A stretch of DNA of 64,000 nucleotides. Origin: an uncultured Thalassospiraceae bacterium. GTDB lineage: Bacteria; Pseudomonadota; Alphaproteobacteria; Rhodospirillales; 2-02-FULL-58-16. Of the stretch, positions 60,535 to 64,000 are shown piece by piece (the first letter of the stretch is position 1; every line of letters begins with the position of its first letter). The stretch is from assembly GCA_964632795.1 (NCBI GenBank), contig CAZWEZ010000005.1:314-64313 (forward strand), read 5' to 3'. The position numbers and the translations under genes were made by a program. The notes under the pieces were generated by a model. It worked only from the letters and a program-made list of their open reading frames with translations, was not told the DNA's origin and made no database searches.

Positions 60535-61476
60535 TCACTTTGAAATTCTTTTGTAAGGCCCGCGTTTCCTGGGCTCCGGGGCATCATCATCGACCAGCTT
60601 CACGATGTCCTCCATTGACCACAACGTGCTCGTGATGCCAGCCGCCATCGCGGGGGAAGTCTTAACGGCGCTGTTGATCCTAGCAAAGTTGTACCAGACC
60701 GTATAGAGCGCCACCATGTGACAGTGGTTCTCAAATTTCTTGCTGTGGGCATTGGTCAGCCGCGTGAAGCGGCGCATGTGCATCCGCATTGAGAGGTTCT
60801 GGCGCTCGACGTAAGACGTTGAAACGTGCTTAGGGTCGGGCTTCCCCTCAAACCGTTCCTTGCGGGCTCCTACACACCTACCAGAGCTATAGCGGGCTTC
60901 CGGGGTGCTAGATTTATGGGCAACCCCATACAGCTTGATAAGCTGGGCAAAATCAACGTCGGCCCCAAATGCCCCTTCAACAGCGTCCAGGTAGGGGTTA
61001 TGGCCATCGGTCGTAAGCTGGACCCGGTTGGCAAGCCTTGAAGCCACGTCCTGCATGAACTCGTTTGCGTACTCGGCATCCCGACCGCCGACCAGCCAGC
61101 CGACGATCAGCTTGCTATCGGCATCTAAGGCCGTCCAGGTCCACACGTCGCCAGCGCCGTCAGGAGCCTTCTTTGCAGTCGGGACGTTCTTGGCCTTGGC
61201 GTAACAGAAGCTCCAAATTTCGTCGCACTGGACGCGCTGCGCTCTGACCCCGCGCACATTGTCGTCATGGAACCGCGCACAGACCAGCCCGGCATCCACC
61301 AGCAGCTTTGTCACGGTGTTGATCGACACGTCCACCACGCGGCTGATAGATCGCATAGAAGACCCCTCGCAGAGCATGGAGAGGATTTGGACGCGCTTCT
61401 CGGGGGGCAATTTGTTCATGCCCACATTATATGAACTTATATGCTTGGCGTCAAGTAGTTTTTTCAGTTCACGCAA
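60535..61476 (-). CDS. IS1-family-like DDE transposase (single ORF with N-terminal HTH)
   Basis: The sequence is MNKLPPEKRVQILSMLCEGSSMRSISRVVDVSINTVTKLL...VQCDEIWSFCYAKAKNV...WTWTALDADSKLIVGWLVGGRD...YVERQNLSMRMHMRRFTRLTNAHSKK. This resembles the IS1-type D..E.W / W.w.a.d / G.R pattern by recollection. The likely start is MNKL at 61419. The stop codon lies inside the left IR. Confidence 0.7.
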   Translation of the reverse strand: MRELKKLLDAKHISSYNVGMNKLPPEKRVQILSMLCEGSSMRSISRVVDVSINTVTKLLVDAGLVCARFHDDNVRGVRAQRVQCDEIWSFCYAKAKNVPTAKKAPDGAGDVWTWTALDADSKLIVGWLVGGRDAEYANEFMQDVASRLANRVQLTTDGHNPYLDAVEGAFGADVDFAQLIKLYGVAHKSSTPEARYSSGRCVGARKERFEGKPDPKHVSTSYVERQNLSMRMHMRRFTRLTNAHSKKFENHCHMVALYTVWYNFARINSAVKTSPAMAAGITSTLWSMEDIVKLVDDDAPEPRKRGPYKRISK

Positions 61477-61579
61477 GCGCCGGGCATGGGCCAGCCATCA
61501 TATTTTATAAAATGGCTTGCTATTTTGTGATTGTAGCGCGTATTTTGTGGATGTGATTAGGTGAAACACGGGCCATAAA

Positions 61580-62815
61580 ATGGCAAGACCGAAAGACGAT
61601 GAAGGTTGGTTGGCGCTTCGACATGAGGTTAACGAGGCGTTCAGCCCGGGTTCTCCTATTAGGGCACTCACGGAATTGGCGGGGCGCACAGAACAACGTC
61701 AGCGTCTCTGCGATATCATGCTCAGAGCGGGCGAGCATGCAATAATTTTCGGAGAGCGTGGCGTAGGCAAAACCTCACTTGCCCGAACATTTCACGCGAT
61801 CCTAAATACGGACACGCGTCAAGTTCAAGAATGTCCCATCAATTGCGTGGAAGCGGATACATATACAGCTCTTTGGCGGAGAGTTTTCAAGAGGCTTGGC
61901 TATAAAGGAGATAACGCCAGCATCGACCAGCATTACAATGAGGAAATTACACCAGATGACGTTCTTTTAGAACTTGACCGCTTTTCTTTGAATGACATGC
62001 CTATTATAATATTTGATGAATTTGATCGTCTTTCTGCTGAAGAAGCAAAGAACTTAATGACTGACACAGTTAAGTTGTTATCAGACGATCGATCCCACGC
62101 AAAACTCTTATTTGTTGGCATTGCCGATGATGTTAGTGAACTTATCAGCCGGCATAGATCTCTTTCGAGAAACCTGAAACAAGTTCATATGCCGCGACTA
62201 AGTCTTAACGAAGCGGAAGGAATAGTTAGAATAAGATTAAAAAAATGTGGGATGAGTATTGAAGATGACGCTTCTTTCCAGATTGCCTTTCTGTCACGCG
62301 GGCTTCCCTACTTTTCTCACTTAGTTGGGCAGTATGCTGCGTTGAGCGCGATCAACAATTTGCACATGAATGTTACCGAGGCCGATGTTTTTACTGGCTT
62401 GGAGACGGCATTACAAGATGTGGATCAAACAATTACAGAAGCCTATTTGAAGGCGGTTGTTAGTCAACGCCCGGATGAAACCCTCTATGAACCGGTTCTA
62501 ATAGCTTGTGCGCTCGCTGATCCAGACGAATTGGGCAGATTCCAGCAGACCGCAGTAACCGATCCATTGTCCGAAATAATCCCAAGGACCCCCCTCTACA
62601 CACCAAGCACGTTCGCATTTCACATGAACAAGTTTTGCGACAACAAGCGCGGCCAAATTCTTACAAAAACTGGGGAAGCGAGAAACTATAGATATTATTT
62701 TACTGATCCAATGATGCAGCCTTATATAATACTGCGCGCGCTGGAAGCGAAAAGAATAAGCAATGAGATGCTTGAGCGGTTTATTGCTCGGCGTCAACGG
62801 CGGCTTTCCATCTAG
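61580..62815 (+). CDS. AAA+ (ORC/Cdc6- or TniB-like) P-loop ATPase, 411 aa
   Basis: Walker A is GERGVGKTS and Walker B is IIIFDEFD. A sensor-like FVGIADD is present. The C-terminal ~150 aa are possibly winged-helix. Confidence 0.8.
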   Translation: MARPKDDEGWLALRHEVNEAFSPGSPIRALTELAGRTEQRQRLCDIMLRAGEHAIIFGERGVGKTSLARTFHAILNTDTRQVQECPINCVEADTYTALWRRVFKRLGYKGDNASIDQHYNEEITPDDVLLELDRFSLNDMPIIIFDEFDRLSAEEAKNLMTDTVKLLSDDRSHAKLLFVGIADDVSELISRHRSLSRNLKQVHMPRLSLNEAEGIVRIRLKKCGMSIEDDASFQIAFLSRGLPYFSHLVGQYAALSAINNLHMNVTEADVFTGLETALQDVDQTITEAYLKAVVSQRPDETLYEPVLIACALADPDELGRFQQTAVTDPLSEIIPRTPLYTPSTFAFHMNKFCDNKRGQILTKTGEARNYRYYFTDPMMQPYIILRALEAKRISNEMLERFIARRQRRLSI

Positions 62816-63029
62816 CTCTTGCCGCCTTTCTCGCAATTTCTCGCCGCCTCTGCGGGCTAAGTTTTTCGGCACGCGCCGCGCCTCCCTTCCGGCCAAGCGC
62901 CTGGGCGGCCTTGTTCTTGCCGTCGTCGGTGTATTCTTCCTCGGCCTCGCCCGTCGCGATCTTCATCACCTTGACGGCGGCGCCGATCACGTCAGCGGGG
63001 CGCTTCTCTCCTTTAGGGCCTCTAGGCAT
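62781..63029 (-). CDS. Small basic protein, 82 aa (MPRGPKGEKRPADVIGAAVKVMKIATGE...)
   Basis: The start is at CAT 63027-63029. The Lys/Arg-rich C-terminus is GRKGGAARAEKLSPQRRREIARKAARARW. The 3' end overlaps the convergent ATPase gene by 35 nt. Confidence 0.5.
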   Translation of the reverse strand: MPRGPKGEKRPADVIGAAVKVMKIATGEAEEEYTDDGKNKAAQALGRKGGAARAEKLSPQRRREIARKAARARWKAAVDAEQ

Positions 63030-63309
63030 CCTTGTTACCAGCCTTCCGTTCGTCATACTTCCCAATGTTGGAGAACACATAACCGACTAGTGCGCCTAAC
63101 AGAGCCCCAATCGCACTACTCTCCAACAGTCCTTCGAGACCCAAGATTAGCACCAGGGCCGGTATGGTCCCCATGGCCAAGAACTGGATAGACCTTACGC
63201 CTGGGCTCCTGTCCCGCACTATGCGGTGGATCATGATTAACAGGACTGTAAGAGGTATAGTCGCTACCGCAATGATCTCAATCCACAGTCGCGCTTCGAG
63301 CTGTTCCAT
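63022..63309 (-). CDS. Small membrane protein, 95 aa
   Basis: The start MEQLEARLWIEIIAVATIPLTVLLIMI is at CAT 63307-63309. The product has ~3 TM helices. It overlaps the downstream small basic gene by 8 nt. Confidence 0.45.
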   Translation of the reverse strand: MEQLEARLWIEIIAVATIPLTVLLIMIHRIVRDRSPGVRSIQFLAMGTIPALVLILGLEGLLESSAIGALLGALVGYVFSNIGKYDERKAGNKDA

Positions 63310-63404
63310 GTCTCGGATTCCTGTGCTTTCCGCTAAGCATACAGGATGTAGAGAGGTTCCGCCACCATCTGTCAAGGGGCTGAGATTTCAAACTGAGACA
63401 CTAC

Positions 63405-63413
63405 CGAAAATTA
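63405..63413. repeat. 9-bp direct repeat CGAAAATTA (right target-site duplication)
   Basis: It is identical to 60517-60525 and lies immediately outside the right inverted repeat. Confidence 0.6.
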
Positions 63414-63464
63414 CAGCGCAAGAAGCGGAGTGCGCGGGCCGCGAGACTGTTCTAGATTCGATTC

Positions 63465-64000
63465 ATGAAAACGGACCACCCCCCCTACGCCACCGACGCC
63501 AGCCGCTGGGCCGCGATCGCCGGGCGCGACCAGAAGGCCGACGGCGCCTTCCTCGTCGCCGTCCGGACGACCGGCGTCTACTGCCGCCCGGACTGTCCGT
63601 CGCGGATGCCCAAGCGCCGGAATGTGGTGTTCTTCGACACCCGGGCGGCTGCCGAGGCGGCCGGCTACCGGCCCTGCAAGCGCTGCCGGCCGGACGCCGA
63701 GTCGCCGCGCCGGGCCCGGGCCCGGCTGATCGCCGGCGCCTGCCGGAGCATCGAGGAGGCCGAGCAACCGCCGCCGCTGAAGGAACTGGCCGCCGCCGCT
63801 GAAGGAACTGGCCGCCGCCGCCGGCTTGAGCCCCTGGTACTTCCAGCGGCAGTTCAAGGAGATCGTCGGCGTCAGTCCGAAACGCTACGCCGCCGCGCAG
63901 CGCGACCGCCGCTTCCGGGACCGGCTGGGCGCCGCAGGGTCGGTGACCGAGGCGATCTACGACGCCGGCTTCGGCTCCGCCAGCCGGGCCTACGACGGCG
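63465..64000 (+). pseudogene. ada: Ada-type methylphosphotriester-DNA methyltransferase / AraC-family regulator, frameshifted by a 22-bp duplication (3' end outside window)
   Basis: The Ada Zn-finger is [22 protein letters not shown]...[10 protein letters not shown]. After the duplication at 63776-63819 the frame becomes Arg-rich nonsense. Removing one copy restores [30 protein letters not shown], an AraC-type HTH. Confidence 0.75.
63776..63819 (+). repeat. Perfect 22-bp tandem duplication (gctgaaggaactggccgccgcc x2)
   Basis: Copy 1 is 63776-63797 and copy 2 is 63798-63819. Both junctions sit in ccgccgcc microhomology. The unit length is not a multiple of three. Confidence 0.95.

Larger units (their letters stand above)
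60526..63404 (-). mobile_element. IS1-family-like transposon (2.88 kb) carrying transposase plus three cargo genes
   Basis: The left IR is ggcactgtctcactttgaaa (60526-60545). The right IR is tttcaaactgagacactac (63386-63404). They match 16/19 as inverted repeats. A perfect 9-bp direct repeat CGAAAATTA flanks both ends. The boundaries coincide with a sharp GC drop (hand count of line 62041-62100 gives 25/60). Confidence 0.65.

Noticed and set aside
61559-61575. A third IR-like sequence lies just upstream of the ATPase start (complement ggcccgtgtttcac versus left IR ggcactgtctcac). It would define a 1.05-kb IS proper.
   Set aside because: I did not call it as a feature. It gives only about 11 matches with a gap, has no match to the inner tttgaaa part, and the flanking 9-mers agree at only 5/9. 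It is mentioned in the transposon finding as a hypothesis.

Overview
This is a 64-kb chromosomal segment from a GC-rich, alphaproteobacterium-like genome. Markers for that placement are CcrM, PhaR, NnrS with a Dnr/NnrR-type regulator, a GcvA-like LysR regulator, and TRAP and Pot transporters. All calls come from reading the sequence and ORF translations by eye; no searches were run.

Ordinary content, in order:
- pheS (5' end outside the window) and pheT
- an aldehyde:ferredoxin oxidoreductase
- an RpiR / N-formylglutamate-amidohydrolase-like / TRAP-transporter cluster
- a proline-racemase-family gene
- gdhA and phaR
- a secreted FGE-like (NirV-like) gene divergent from nnrS, plus a Crp/Fnr regulator
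- korAB and a 1198-aa PFOR (nifJ)
- an amidase + potABCD + acetylpolyamine-amidohydrolase-like cluster
- a class III adenylate cyclase, ccrM, rnhB, a LysR regulator, a GT2/DUF2064 pair, moaB, slt and a MaoC-like gene

Most unusual content:
1. A ~9.8-kb translationally coupled operon (12169-21935). It encodes two unannotated mini-membrane ORFs and an orphan CydA-like (cytochrome bd subunit I-like) protein with no CydB. Three c-type cytochromes follow, one fused to an EB_dh/DOMON-like domain. Downstream are a tandem-USP protein with three PCP_red-like repeats, a radical SAM/SPASM enzyme with its own PCP_red-like tail, and a HemY-type oxidase.
2. A single-gene low-GC island (37317-40421) encoding a 1034-aa HD + GHKL (Hsp90/MORC-like) ATPase protein with a large unassignable C-terminal half.
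3. A 2.9-kb low-GC IS1-family-like transposon (60526-63404). It is bounded by imperfect inverted repeats and a perfect 9-bp target-site duplication, and carries an ORC/Cdc6-like AAA+ ATPase and two small genes as cargo.

Other features: two large palindromic / terminal-inverted-repeat intergenic elements; three decayed genes (a GS-like stub, a LysR remnant, and ada frameshifted by a 22-bp tandem duplication); a dense GANTC cluster upstream of ccrM; and an FNR-type box upstream of nnrS. I saw no rRNA, tRNA or CRISPR array.
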